Source: an uncultured Myxococcales bacterium (lineage in GTDB: Bacteria; Myxococcota_A; UBA9042). Taken from it: a stretch of DNA of 64,000 nt. Below are positions 29,347 through 39,539 of this stretch, piece after piece. The translations under genes and the position numbers were made by a program. Position 1 is the stretch's first letter. Each line of letters begins with the position of its first letter. The notes below the pieces were generated by a model. That model saw only the letters and a list, made by a program, of their open reading frames with translations, searched no databases and was not told where the DNA came from. The DNA lies in the NCBI GenBank assembly GCA_903883645.1, contig CAISBR010000131.1, positions 11,871 through 75,870 on the forward strand. Reading direction: 5' to 3'.

Positions 29347-31035
29347 CTATTGGACGGAGTCGTCGTCGCGCCAGCGCGCGAACGCCAGCACCACCGGTTT
29401 ACGCGGCGTAAAGCGCTTGGCCACGCGCCGCACTTGGGCCTGGACCATCCCTTCGATGCCATCGAGCGGGGTGCGCGCGTCGAGCCCGCCCAGCCAGCGT
29501 GTCAGGATCTGTTCCGTTTCTTTGGCCAATTCGCCCTGGGCCGCGTAGACGCCGTGGTGCTTGACCCGCGCCTGGCCGCTGACGACGCCATGCGAGCGAC
29601 GCAGGTCGAGCTCTACGGCAATCACGCCGTGCCACGCCAGCTGCTGCCGGGCCGACAGTTCGACCATATGGGCATCGCCAAAGGTCAGGCCATCGCCGTA
29701 CCAGGGCTCAACATCGCGAACACCAAGGCTTTCGATGCCGGTCGGCGTAATGGCGCAGTGGTGGCCATTTTCGATGAGCGACACATTGGGCACGCCCAGC
29801 GCCCGCGCCATGTCGGCATGTCGCTGCAAGAACGTGTACTCGCCGTGCACTGGGATGAAGCAACGCGGCCGCACCAGCTGCAGAACATGTTGCAATTCAT
29901 CGGCGTACGCGTGGCCCGAGGCATGGATGGCCCGGTCGGTGCGGGTATAGACCACATGCGCGCCGCGGCGGGCAAAATCGTTGAGCATCGCGTGGATACG
30001 CCGCTCATTGCCCGGAATATTGCGCGCCGACAGCACCACCGTATCGGTCGGACGCACATGCACATCGGGATGGGTGCCGTTGGCCACGCGCGCCAGCGCC
30101 GCACGCGGTTCCGCTTGCGATCCGGTGCACAGCAGCACCAGCTCGTCGTCGTCGTAGCGGCTGAGCTCGCTAACTTGGATAAAGTCTTCGGGGTCGAACG
30201 GCATGTTGGTAAAGCCGTTGGCGCACTCGACAAAGCGCTCGAGCGACTTGCCCAAAAGTGCGCAATAGCGACCATTCTTGCGCGCCGCATCCACAATCGA
30301 ATGCACGCGATACAAGTTGCTGGCAAACAAGCCGACGATGATGCGGCCGCGGCATTCCGAAAAAACGTCGCCTAGGTGCTCGCTTACGTCGTGTTCATTG
30401 CCCGACCAGCCCGGCACTTCGGCGTTGGTCGAGTCGCTCATCAAGAGGTCGACGCCGCGGTCACCGGCTGCCTTGAAACCGGCTTCGTCGAATACGGCGC
30501 CGTCGCGCAAGCCCTTTTCGATTTTGAAGTCGCCGGTAAAGAGCAGGGTGCCGCCGTCCGACTTGACCACAAGCGATACACAATCGGGGATGGAGTGGGT
30601 AACCCGCAGAAAATCGAGGACAAAGCCGCCGATCTTGACCGTTTGCCCCGGCGCGATAGCGTGCAGCACAGCCTTGTCGGTCAAGCCGTGCTCGCGCAGC
30701 TTGTGGGCCAGCAGCCCCATCGTGAAGCGCGTAGCATATACGGGGCAATCCAAGACCTTAAGGGCATACGGCACCGCGCCGATGTGATCCTCGTGGCCGT
30801 GGGTGAGCACGATCGCCTTGATTTTCTTCTTGAACGCGCCCAGCACCGCCAGCGAGGGCAGCACCAGCTCGACGCCGGTCTGATCGGGCTCGGGGAAGGC
30901 GACGCCGCAGTCGAGCAGCAACCACTCGTCGCCACAGCCGACCAGCATGGCGTTCATGCCGATACGGGCCACGCCGCCAAGCGGCAGCACCTGCAGCGAA
31001 GGAAGGGTAGGCAGGGTAGATAAATCGGTCGTCAA
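29347..31035 (-). CDS. rnj: Ribonuclease J (metallo-beta-lactamase / beta-CASP)
   Basis: HGHEDHIG motif, beta-CASP and C-terminal domain; 562 aa. Confidence 0.85.
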   Translation of the reverse strand: MTTDLSTLPTLPSLQVLPLGGVARIGMNAMLVGCGDEWLLLDCGVAFPEPDQTGVELVLPSLAVLGAFKKKIKAIVLTHGHEDHIGAVPYALKVLDCPVYATRFTMGLLAHKLREHGLTDKAVLHAIAPGQTVKIGGFVLDFLRVTHSIPDCVSLVVKSDGGTLLFTGDFKIEKGLRDGAVFDEAGFKAAGDRGVDLLMSDSTNAEVPGWSGNEHDVSEHLGDVFSECRGRIIVGLFASNLYRVHSIVDAARKNGRYCALLGKSLERFVECANGFTNMPFDPEDFIQVSELSRYDDDELVLLCTGSQAEPRAALARVANGTHPDVHVRPTDTVVLSARNIPGNERRIHAMLNDFARRGAHVVYTRTDRAIHASGHAYADELQHVLQLVRPRCFIPVHGEYTFLQRHADMARALGVPNVSLIENGHHCAITPTGIESLGVRDVEPWYGDGLTFGDAHMVELSARQQLAWHGVIAVELDLRRSHGVVSGQARVKHHGVYAAQGELAKETEQILTRWLGGLDARTPLDGIEGMVQAQVRRVAKRFTPRKPVVLAFARWRDDDSVQ

Positions 31036-31071
31036 AAGCAGGGGCCTTTGGCGAAAGTGCAGCGCGGGCGG

Positions 31072-32262
31072 CTAGTTCTTGGCCAGCACGATGGCGGTAC
31101 CCTGACCGCCGCCGATACAAGCCGAGCCCACGGCGTACTGTTCGCCGGTACGCTGCAGGTGCAGCGCCAGATGCAAGGTAATCCGCGCGCCCGAGGCGGC
31201 CAGCGGGTGACCCAGGGCGATCGCGCCGCCGTGGATATTGGTCTTTTCGCGCGGCAGGCCCAGGTCTTTTTCGACCGCCAGGTACTGTGCGCCAAACGCT
31301 TCGTTCACCTCGAAGAAGCTGATATCGCCGATGCCCAGGCCGGCCTTGGCCAGCGCGGCCTTGATAGCCGGTACCGGGCCAATGCCCATCACGGTCGGGT
31401 CGCAACCCACGCTCGCCGAAGCGACAAAGCGCGCCAGCACCGGCCAGCCCTCGGCCTTGGCCCGCTCGGCAGTGGTGACCAGAACAGCCGCGGCACCGTC
31501 TACGATACCTGAGGCATTGCCAGCTGTTACCACACCATCTTTCTCGAACGCGGCCTTGAGCTTGGCCAGCCCTTCGATCGTGGTATCGGGCTTGGGGTGC
31601 TCGTCTTTGCTGACCATAATCGGACCCTTGCGGGTCTGCACTTCGTAGGGCGCAATCTCGTCGGTGAAGATGCCGGCGGCGAGCGCAGCTTGGTAGCGCT
31701 GCTGGCCTTGCAGAGCAAACGCATCGACGTCCTCGCGCTTGATCTCGTGCGTGCGCGCCAACTTCTCGGCCGTATTCGCCATCATCAGGCCGGTCATCGA
31801 GTCCGTCAGGCACGACCACAGCGTGTCTTCGAGCAGCGGACCCTTGCCAAACGGCACGCCGTTGCGAGCGCCGCGAACCACGTGGGGCGCCTGCGACATC
31901 GACTCGGTGCCGCCGGCCAAAATCACTTCGCCTTCGCCCAGTTCGATGAGCTGCGCCGCTTGGATGATCGCCTCGAAACCGGAGCCGCAGAGGCGCTGCA
32001 CGGTCAAGGCGGGGACTTCGACGCGGCAACCGGCGCGCAAGCCGATGTGGCGAGCCAAGTAGATGGCGTCGGCCGCAGTCTGGCACACGTTGCCGAACAC
32101 GACCGCGTCGACCTTTGCGGGGTCACAGCCGATCGCCGCCAGGGCAGCCTTGGTAGCGCCCACAGCGAGATCGGTCGCGGTCTGGTCCTTGAGCGAGCCG
32201 CAAAAGGCGGCGAAAGGAGTACGTTTGCCGGCGACGAGCACAATATTCTTCTGCGGTTTCAT
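31072..32262 (-). CDS. Acetyl-CoA C-acetyltransferase (thiolase II)
   Basis: Re-called start ATG 32262 (MKPQKNIV; AGGAGG RBS 8 nt upstream). Active-site Cys context QRLCGSGFEAI, C-terminal GGAIALGHPLAASGARI, CIGGGQG. Confidence 0.9.
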   Translation of the reverse strand: MKPQKNIVLVAGKRTPFAAFCGSLKDQTATDLAVGATKAALAAIGCDPAKVDAVVFGNVCQTAADAIYLARHIGLRAGCRVEVPALTVQRLCGSGFEAIIQAAQLIELGEGEVILAGGTESMSQAPHVVRGARNGVPFGKGPLLEDTLWSCLTDSMTGLMMANTAEKLARTHEIKREDVDAFALQGQQRYQAALAAGIFTDEIAPYEVQTRKGPIMVSKDEHPKPDTTIEGLAKLKAAFEKDGVVTAGNASGIVDGAAAVLVTTAERAKAEGWPVLARFVASASVGCDPTVMGIGPVPAIKAALAKAGLGIGDISFFEVNEAFGAQYLAVEKDLGLPREKTNIHGGAIALGHPLAASGARITLHLALHLQRTGEQYAVGSACIGGGQGTAIVLAKN

Positions 32263-32439
32263 AGCTGGGCCTCCTGCATAGGTTGGCGCGACGAGCGGTC
32301 GCACGGGCGCAGGAGTGTAGCCGCGGGCGGCGCATAAGTCGATCGGTCGTCGCGGAGAGCGCGTCACGAAAGGGCCATAGCGCCCACCCCGAGCAACCAG
32401 AAGTAGGCACCCATTTTCTACTGCTTGAAATTAAAAGGA

Positions 32440-33957
32440 TTAGCTGGCGGTGGCGTGCGCTGCCACCAGCTGCTCGACCAGCGCCCTGACATGGGGCCGC
32501 CGCGCTGGCTGGACGAACTCAAAATTAACTTGCCGATCTGTAATTTCGTAGAACGACCGCTCGGTGTTTTCGAGCAACGTCGCCGCCACTTCGCGCAGCA
32601 CATTGGGTGGCACGTTGGCCAAATTGTCGCGCACACGCTGGGCTTCGGCATCGCGGCCCGTCTCGGCCAGCCCCGCGCCCAAGATCACCTTGGCCTCGAC
32701 CAGCATGGGCTGGGCCTTGCCTCCGGCCATGTGGTCGAAACGCAGCAATTCAGTGAGTAATTCGGGGGCGGCCGCGCAGTTGTTGTCGTACGAGCGCCGC
32801 ACCAGCCAGCCCAGGTCGAAGGCGCCCATATGCGCGGCAAAAGTGAGGCCCGCGTTGCCGGCTTGCACGCTATAAATCCTTAAGAATCCGCCAATTTTGC
32901 GGACCAAGTCGGCGTCGCTGGCGGTGTCGCGCCCAAGGCAGCGGTACTGGTAATACAGGTCGTACAGCGCGTGCATGTCTTTGCGCTTGATGGCTTCGCG
33001 CAGGTAGTTATTGAAGAATTTAACGACCAATTCGGCCGCCCGCTTGTCGCCGCGCTGGTGCGCCAGGGTGCCGATGACCCGCGTCGCGTCGCTGATCCAC
33101 GACACGGCGTCGGTCGACTTGCTCAGCGCTTGACCGTAGGCGAGGTACATCTGCGCCATCACCTTCATCTCGAACCAAGTGCCTTCTTCGTTTAGCAATT
33201 CGAGCGCTTCAGCCGACATCCCCACGAAGTCTTGGCGATCGACATGGAACCAAGCTTCGGGCATCTTCGACTTGTGTTCCCCATATAAATCCATGATTTG
33301 CTTGAGAGTCCACACGCCCTCGGTCACGACGCTGCGGTCGGCGCGGTCGATGCTTTTCAACACGATCGTGCCAATCTGGTTCAACCGCTCGTGCACAATG
33401 TTCTGCCCGGCGTTGGCCGCGATCTTGCCCGCCTGAACGTCGCGGATGGCGCTGCAGGTCTGATCCTTTAGGCGCGACAGGATGTTCGAGGGGTCAAGGA
33501 AGCGGACCACGTAAAAGAAATACGGCACCAGGGCGATCCAGCCGAGGATGGCGCCGATGACCGAGATGCGAAACGTCCACATCGTCGCGAACTTAGGACC
33601 TACCATCCAGTCGGCGAAGAGCACGTTGGCGGCGCCAAAAGCGCAGGCGAACAGCATGAAGCGATTGGTGCGATCGCGCAGGAACATGTCGATCAGCTTG
33701 GGCGTATGCATGTTCGCCGTCAGCGGAATGGCGAGGCCGATGGTGGCGATCAGCATGGCCAAGATGTTGTTGTAGGCGCGCGCCATGGGCGACAAAATGT
33801 CGACGATCTTGGCGTTGTTGGCGTCGGCCCACGACATGTCGGCTAGGCTGGGCTGGCCTAGACGTATGTACTCCATGGCGAATTCGGCGACGAAGATGGC
33901 GCAGAACACGCCGGCGGCGATGAACATGCTGCGCAAAAAGGTGCTCCGGGAGTCCAT
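32440..33957 (-). CDS. Integral membrane protein, DUF2254-like
   Basis: Four or more N-terminal TM helices followed by a large soluble domain. Family assignment is from memory. Confidence 0.5.
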   Translation of the reverse strand: MDSRSTFLRSMFIAAGVFCAIFVAEFAMEYIRLGQPSLADMSWADANNAKIVDILSPMARAYNNILAMLIATIGLAIPLTANMHTPKLIDMFLRDRTNRFMLFACAFGAANVLFADWMVGPKFATMWTFRISVIGAILGWIALVPYFFYVVRFLDPSNILSRLKDQTCSAIRDVQAGKIAANAGQNIVHERLNQIGTIVLKSIDRADRSVVTEGVWTLKQIMDLYGEHKSKMPEAWFHVDRQDFVGMSAEALELLNEEGTWFEMKVMAQMYLAYGQALSKSTDAVSWISDATRVIGTLAHQRGDKRAAELVVKFFNNYLREAIKRKDMHALYDLYYQYRCLGRDTASDADLVRKIGGFLRIYSVQAGNAGLTFAAHMGAFDLGWLVRRSYDNNCAAAPELLTELLRFDHMAGGKAQPMLVEAKVILGAGLAETGRDAEAQRVRDNLANVPPNVLREVAATLLENTERSFYEITDRQVNFEFVQPARRPHVRALVEQLVAAHATAS

Positions 33958-34066
33958 TGGGCATCACCTGTTGGCGCGAATAGCCGCGCGCGAGCTGCGG
34001 GGGCGAAAGGGCACGCTGGGTACCAACGGAGCGTAGTCGCAAAAGCTGCGCGGGGATACGGTCGGC

Positions 34067-35740
34067 GTGACACTCTTGAGACAGAAACGCGCAGTTGCAG
34101 CGCGGGTGATTGGGCCGACCTGGCAGCCGTGCTATCGTCGTGCTGCCCGCCGTAGCGGGTCGATGGCGCCCATGGCCCGCCGCGGCATTAAACCCCCTGA
34201 AAAGAAAACGAGTCGCCCGGCCGCAACGCTGGGGTCGCCGCTGCTGACGGGCGAAGTGGGCACCCTGTGGCGGCGCGCGCCGACGGAAGTGGTGCTGTGC
34301 TACGCCAACAGCTACCGCGTGGCTGCGTCGAGCCTGGGCTTTCAGCTCATTTACCGCGAGCTGAACCGTCGCGACGATATGGCCTGCCACCGCGCCGTGT
34401 TCGAGCCTCTCGCGGTGCGCGGGCCGTTGCCGCCGATTCGCTCGCTCGAGTACGGCAAGCGCCTCGACGACTACGATGCGATCTTGCTGTCGCTGGCCTA
34501 CGAGCTTGATCTGGCGAATCTTGCTTTGATGCTAGAGGCTTGTGGCCTGTCGCCCCTGGCGAGTGAGCGGCCGGAGTCGGCGCCGCCGCTGATTGTGGGT
34601 GGGCCGGTCACGACCTCGAATGTGCTGCCGCTGGCCGTGTTTGCCGATGTGGTGGTCATGGGCGAGGCCGACGAGCTGATTGTGCAACTGACCGATGTGC
34701 TGGCGCAGCGACCGTCGCGGGCTGAGTTGCGGCGCTGGGCGCTGACGGTGCCGGGCCTTTGGGTGCCGGCAGAGCAGGGCGATGCGGTGCCGGCGCTGCT
34801 GCCGGTGGGCGCGCATTGTCTGCCAGCTTTGGGGCAATTTCGCAGTCCGAATGCTGAGTTTAGCGACATGATGCTGCTCGAGGCGAGCCGTGGCTGTCCG
34901 CGCTATTGCAGCTTTTGCGTGGTCCGCGCCCCCTTGGCGCCGATGCGCGAGCCCGAGCTTGATCGCGTGGTGGCAGCGCTCGATCGCCCTGAATTTGCTT
35001 CGAGTCCGCGGGTTGGCCTTGTGGGCGCGGCCGTGAGCGACTGGGGGCCGATCAAGGGCGCGATGCGCGCCATCATCGAACGTGGCAAAACCTTTGGAAT
35101 TTCGAGCTTGCGGGCCGATCGCTTGGACGAAGACGACGAGTTTGTCGACTTGTTGTACCAGGGCGGTTACCGAACCATGACAGTCGCGTCGGATGCCCCC
35201 AGCCAGCGCATGCGCAACAAGCTGAAAAAAGGTATTCGCGAAAGGCACTTATGGGGCTCGGCCCTGCAGGCGCGGCGCGTGGGCATGAACGGCTTCAAGA
35301 TGTATCTGATCATCGGTTTGCCGGGCGAAGAGGCCGAAGATATCGACGAACTCATCGCGTTTTGCCAGCGCTTGTCGACGCAGGTGCGCACCGCGATTAC
35401 ACTATCGCCCTTTGTGCCCAAGCTGCATACCCCGCTGGCGGCGGCGGAATTTGCCGATCCCGACGCGACCCAGGCGACGTTGCGGCGCATTCAGGCGGCC
35501 CTGGCCGAGCGGGTGGATGTGCGCTTCGACGCGCCGAAGTGGGCCTGGGTCGAGTATCGGCTGAGCCAAGGTGGCATGGCGACAGGGCTTGCCGCGATCG
35601 AGGCTGCGCGCAATGGCGGTGGATCAACGGCGTGGCGGCGGGCGTTGGCGGCCCTGGATGCTCGCGATGCTACAGAAGAACGAGCGGCACTGGCGGCGGC
35701 GGAGCGGCACAAACTGTGGCCGGCGACCGGCGAACGCTGA
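34067..35740 (+). CDS. B12-binding-domain radical SAM protein
   Basis: N-terminal cobalamin-binding-like Rossmann segment, radical SAM cluster motif SRGCPRYCSFC (Cx3Cx2C). Alternative start 34163. Confidence 0.7.
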   Translation: MTLLRQKRAVAARVIGPTWQPCYRRAARRSGSMAPMARRGIKPPEKKTSRPAATLGSPLLTGEVGTLWRRAPTEVVLCYANSYRVAASSLGFQLIYRELNRRDDMACHRAVFEPLAVRGPLPPIRSLEYGKRLDDYDAILLSLAYELDLANLALMLEACGLSPLASERPESAPPLIVGGPVTTSNVLPLAVFADVVVMGEADELIVQLTDVLAQRPSRAELRRWALTVPGLWVPAEQGDAVPALLPVGAHCLPALGQFRSPNAEFSDMMLLEASRGCPRYCSFCVVRAPLAPMREPELDRVVAALDRPEFASSPRVGLVGAAVSDWGPIKGAMRAIIERGKTFGISSLRADRLDEDDEFVDLLYQGGYRTMTVASDAPSQRMRNKLKKGIRERHLWGSALQARRVGMNGFKMYLIIGLPGEEAEDIDELIAFCQRLSTQVRTAITLSPFVPKLHTPLAAAEFADPDATQATLRRIQAALAERVDVRFDAPKWAWVEYRLSQGGMATGLAAIEAARNGGGSTAWRRALAALDARDATEERAALAAAERHKLWPATGER

Positions 35741-35838
35741 AACCCGCACCCCGAGCACGCCTTGCCAGTTGTCGAACGGCGGCAGTAACTGCATCCTATG
35801 GTGAGTCGGGCCGGCCAGCCCGCAGCCGAGGCTACGCC

Positions 35839-38800
35839 GTGCTCCCAACCCATCGCAGAATTCTTTCACTGTGGTTTCAAGTGCTTCTTAGCCTTGTGGC
35901 CGTATTTGCGACCGCCAGCTGCGGCGACGGTGCCTCGAGCCACCCCTGGGCCATCACCGGCGTACCGTGCCCAACCAGCAAAAGCCGCTGCGCCGAGCTG
36001 TGCGTCGACCTGAAGGCGGACCCCATCAACTGCGGCGAATGCGGCCACGGCTGCGGCCTGGGCGAGGTCTGCTCGCTGGGCAAGTGCGCGCTGTTCTGCG
36101 CCGACCCCTTGGTCGACTGCGGTGGCCTGTGCGCCGACCTTCGCACCGATGTGGCCCACTGCGGCACCTGCTCGACCGGTTGCCCCAAGGGCAGCGTGTG
36201 CCAAAACAGCAAGTGCGAGCTCAGCTGTATCGACGGCGATGTACCGTGCGGCGGCGCCTGTGCCAACTTGCAGGCGGACCCCAAGCACTGCGGCAAGTGC
36301 GAAAAATCGTGTGTCGGCGAAGAGTTCTGCAGCTCGGGCGAATGCAAACTGCCGTGCACCGGCGGCCAGCTGCAGTGCGGCGACAAGTGTGTCGATCTAG
36401 CGAGTGACGTAAGCAACTGTGCCGGCTGCGGCCAGACCTGCCCCGCGGGCAACTGGTGCGTCAATGCCAAGTGCGTGCCCACGTGCCAAGTTGGCATGGC
36501 GGAGTGCGGTGCGGCGTGTGTCGACCTAGATAACGACTTGAATCACTGTGGCAATTGCGACAAGGTCTGCGCGGCTGGCCAAGTGTGCAGCAAGGGGCAA
36601 TGCACCGCCGCTTGTGCCACGGGCCAGATCGAGTGCGGCGGCAAGTGCAGCGACCCCAAAGAGGATTCAACCCATTGTGGCGACTGCGAAACAGCGTGCA
36701 AGGCCGGCCAGTTGTGCTCGGGCGGCAAGTGCACACTGTCGTGCCAAGAAGGCCTGATTGATTGCGAGGGCGTGTGCGCCAACCCCAAGACCGACATTAC
36801 CCATTGCGGCGGCTGCTACCAACCGTGCGCCACCGGCAGCGTCTGTGTCGACGGCGCGTGCAGCTTGGCCTGCCCCGGCACCATGACCGGCTGCGAAGAC
36901 GGCCTGTGCGCCGACTTGACCACCGACCCCTTGCACTGCGGCAGCTGCAGCACCGTCTGCGCACCCGGCGAGAAGTGCACCGGCGGCAAATGCCTGCTGT
37001 CGTGCCAGAGCGGTTTTGAAGTGTGCGCGGGCACTTGCGTAGACTACGCCAGCAACAACCAGCACTGCGGCGACTGCGAAACCAGCTGCGCCACCGGCCA
37101 GCAGTGCAAGAATGGCAAGTGCGTCCTCGACTGCCAGCCGGGCCTGAGCGCGTGCGGCGGCACCTGTGTCGACGTCTCGACCAACAACGCGAACTGCGGC
37201 GATTGCGACCAGCCATGTCCGCTCGGCCACGTCTGCCAAGCCGGCAACTGCAAGCTTAGCTGCCAGCAAGGCATGGATGAGTGCAGCGGCACGTGCAGCA
37301 ATCTGAAAACCGACGAATTGCACTGCGGATCCTGCGACAAGCAATGCGCGTCGGGCATGATCTGCGTCAACGGCAAGTGCACGCCCGACTGCCCGGTCAG
37401 CCAGGTCAATTGTGGTGGCAACTGTTCGGATTTGCAGGTAGACCACCAGCACTGCGGCGACTGCGACACGGCGTGCTCGTCGGGCGAAATCTGCTTTAGC
37501 GGCAAGTGCGTGTCGAGCTGCAAGTCGCCCCTGCTCGGCTGCGGCAACGTGTGCATCGACCCCAATTTTGACCCCAACAACTGCGGCGATTGCGGCCAAG
37601 TCTGCCAACTGCCCAACGCGGTAGCGCCGGCGTGCATGGGCGGGGCTTGCCAAGTCACTACGTGCCAAGACGGCTACGCCAACTGCGACAACCAGTCGGC
37701 GAATGGCTGTGAAATCGAGCTAAAATCAAGTGGTTTGCACTGCGGCGCCTGCAATAAGGTGTGCACGTTGTTCAAGGCCATCCCCTCGTGCCAAGACGGC
37801 AAGTGCGTCGTCACCGCGTGCGAAGAGGGCTGGGGCGACTGCAACGGCAACGCTGACGACGGCTGCGAGCAAGACCTGGGCACCTCGGCGGCCAACTGTG
37901 GCGGTTGCGGCATCAAGGTCGCGGCCGGCGAAGTTTGCTGCGGCGCCAAGCCCGTCGTGGGCAGCAGCTATGCCACCGACTCGAACAACTGTGGCGCGTG
38001 CGGCAACGTCTGTGGCAGCGGCCAGGTGTGCTGCGGCGGCTTCTGCTACACGGTCGACGGAAGCAAAATCTGCCCCGATTGCGGCAAGTTGTGCAACGTA
38101 GCCGAAGTCAGTGGCAACAAGTTCATCACCACCGGTGCGGTCAGCAAGCTAGAAGCGTCGGGTTCGGGCATTAGCACCGTATCGAACGAGGGCGGCAAGA
38201 ATCAGGTCGCCACGCCCCGGGTGTGGATCGCCGCCCACGACTCGAACTTGGTGAACCGCCTCGACACCGGGTCCGGCAAATTGATGAGCGTGTTCCCATC
38301 GTTCGGCAGCAATCCGTCGCGCGGCGCGGTGGCACTCGACGACACGTTCTGGATTGGCAACCGCTGCCCGAGCGACGCCAACAACCCCAAGTGCAGCAAC
38401 GTCGCGCAGTTGAACAGCGACGGCACGCTGGGCTGCTTGGTGGGCAACGCCGCTGACGGCGCGCCGCTGCCGCTGGTTCGGGCGATCGCGGTCGATGACC
38501 AGGGCTTTATCTGGCTCGGCACCTGGAACGACGCGCGTATCCACAAGATCGACCCGTTAGCCTGCAAAACGATTGCCGATTACACCGTTCCCGTCGGTGC
38601 TAGCCCTTATGGCTTCGCGATCGACAGCACTGGCTTGCTCTGGATCAGCAGCCCCAACGGCCCGACCGAGCCGCTCCGCTCGTTCGACACCAAGACCGGC
38701 AAGTTGGTCGACAGCGTAGCGCGCAACTCGAACACCTATGGCGTGGTGGTCGACGGCGATAGCAACGTGTGGTTCGCGTCGTGGTGCACGCCCAACGTGC

Positions 38801-39522
38801 TCGAAATCGACAAAAAGACCAAGGCGTTGACCACCCGCAGCATCGATGGCTTGCCCAGCCCGAGCCAATGGTGTGCGCGCGGCATGGCGGTCGATGTCGA
38901 CGGCAACGTATGGGCAGCCGTGGGCCGCTACAACAGCGATGCGTGTGCTGCCGGCGAGAGCTATGTAGCTAAGTACCAGAAAACTACTGGTAAATTCCTG
39001 GGTTTGTACAAGATCGGCGCTCCGTTCGGCGGTGGCGCGCTCGGCATCTCGATGGACGCCAACGGCCGCTTGTGGGTCACCAGCACCTGCACGAACAAGG
39101 CCGCGCGCATCAACAAAGACACGGGCGCTACCGAGCTCGTCGCCGATTTGTACGGCACCAACCCGTACACCTATTCGGATTGGACCGGCGCGATGCTGAA
39201 GAATGTGACGACGCACAACGGTCAAATGGGGCTGTGGACGGCGAATTTTGATGGAAATGCCGCGACGGCCCAGTGGCAGCAGGCCACCTACACCAGCGAC
39301 ATCCCGGCTGGCACGCGCATCCGCTTGCGCTTCCGGGCTTCGTCGGCCATCGAAGCGATCGAAGGTGCGACCTGGTGCGTGCCCGCCGAGACGTCGCCCG
39401 TAGACCTAAAGTCCTGCAATTTCGGGCAGAAGCGTTACCTGCAGGCCCAGGTGTACCTGATTACCAACGATGTGGATGTGCGGCCCACACTCGACAACTT
39501 CAAAGTCTACTGGCAGAACTAG
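35839..39522 (+). CDS. Giant lipoprotein: about twelve tandem 43-aa 8-Cys repeats plus irregular Cys-rich modules, with a C-terminal beta-propeller (Vgb/SMP-30-like blades)
   Basis: Re-called start GTG 35839, giving MLPTHRRILSLWFQVLLSLVAVFATASC (lipobox). Repeat C-x3-C-x6-C-x3-C-x(9-10)-HCG-x-C-x3-C-x5-C (for example CELSCIDGDVPCGGACANLQADPKHCGKCEKSCVGEEFCSSGE). C-terminal blades VDDQGFIWLGTW, STGLLWISS, DSNVWFASW, DGNVWAAVG, NGRLWVTST. The in-frame upstream 196 codons in the track overlap the previous gene and are rejected. Confidence 0.8.
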   Translation: MLPTHRRILSLWFQVLLSLVAVFATASCGDGASSHPWAITGVPCPTSKSRCAELCVDLKADPINCGECGHGCGLGEVCSLGKCALFCADPLVDCGGLCADLRTDVAHCGTCSTGCPKGSVCQNSKCELSCIDGDVPCGGACANLQADPKHCGKCEKSCVGEEFCSSGECKLPCTGGQLQCGDKCVDLASDVSNCAGCGQTCPAGNWCVNAKCVPTCQVGMAECGAACVDLDNDLNHCGNCDKVCAAGQVCSKGQCTAACATGQIECGGKCSDPKEDSTHCGDCETACKAGQLCSGGKCTLSCQEGLIDCEGVCANPKTDITHCGGCYQPCATGSVCVDGACSLACPGTMTGCEDGLCADLTTDPLHCGSCSTVCAPGEKCTGGKCLLSCQSGFEVCAGTCVDYASNNQHCGDCETSCATGQQCKNGKCVLDCQPGLSACGGTCVDVSTNNANCGDCDQPCPLGHVCQAGNCKLSCQQGMDECSGTCSNLKTDELHCGSCDKQCASGMICVNGKCTPDCPVSQVNCGGNCSDLQVDHQHCGDCDTACSSGEICFSGKCVSSCKSPLLGCGNVCIDPNFDPNNCGDCGQVCQLPNAVAPACMGGACQVTTCQDGYANCDNQSANGCEIELKSSGLHCGACNKVCTLFKAIPSCQDGKCVVTACEEGWGDCNGNADDGCEQDLGTSAANCGGCGIKVAAGEVCCGAKPVVGSSYATDSNNCGACGNVCGSGQVCCGGFCYTVDGSKICPDCGKLCNVAEVSGNKFITTGAVSKLEASGSGISTVSNEGGKNQVATPRVWIAAHDSNLVNRLDTGSGKLMSVFPSFGSNPSRGAVALDDTFWIGNRCPSDANNPKCSNVAQLNSDGTLGCLVGNAADGAPLPLVRAIAVDDQGFIWLGTWNDARIHKIDPLACKTIADYTVPVGASPYGFAIDSTGLLWISSPNGPTEPLRSFDTKTGKLVDSVARNSNTYGVVVDGDSNVWFASWCTPNVLEIDKKTKALTTRSIDGLPSPSQWCARGMAVDVDGNVWAAVGRYNSDACAAGESYVAKYQKTTGKFLGLYKIGAPFGGGALGISMDANGRLWVTSTCTNKAARINKDTGATELVADLYGTNPYTYSDWTGAMLKNVTTHNGQMGLWTANFDGNAATAQWQQATYTSDIPAGTRIRLRFRASSAIEAIEGATWCVPAETSPVDLKSCNFGQKRYLQAQVYLITNDVDVRPTLDNFKVYWQN

Positions 39523-39539
39523 GTCAAAAGCGGGGCTCT

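Noticed and set aside
35251-35838. In-frame upstream extension of the giant lipoprotein ORF (start at 35251)
   Set aside because: It overlaps the 3' end of the radical SAM gene in another frame and has no signal peptide. GTG 35839 yields a canonical lipoprotein signal (LVAVFATASC).
35960-39000. Interpreting the Cys-rich modules of the giant lipoprotein as EGF-like or laminin-type domains or as a RiPP precursor
   Set aside because: Cys spacing (8 Cys per 43 aa with an HCGxC core) does not fit EGF (6 Cys, CxCxxGF/Y). The protein is a 1228-aa lipoprotein with a folded propeller, not a leader-core peptide. The link to the radical SAM enzyme is kept only as a hypothesis.
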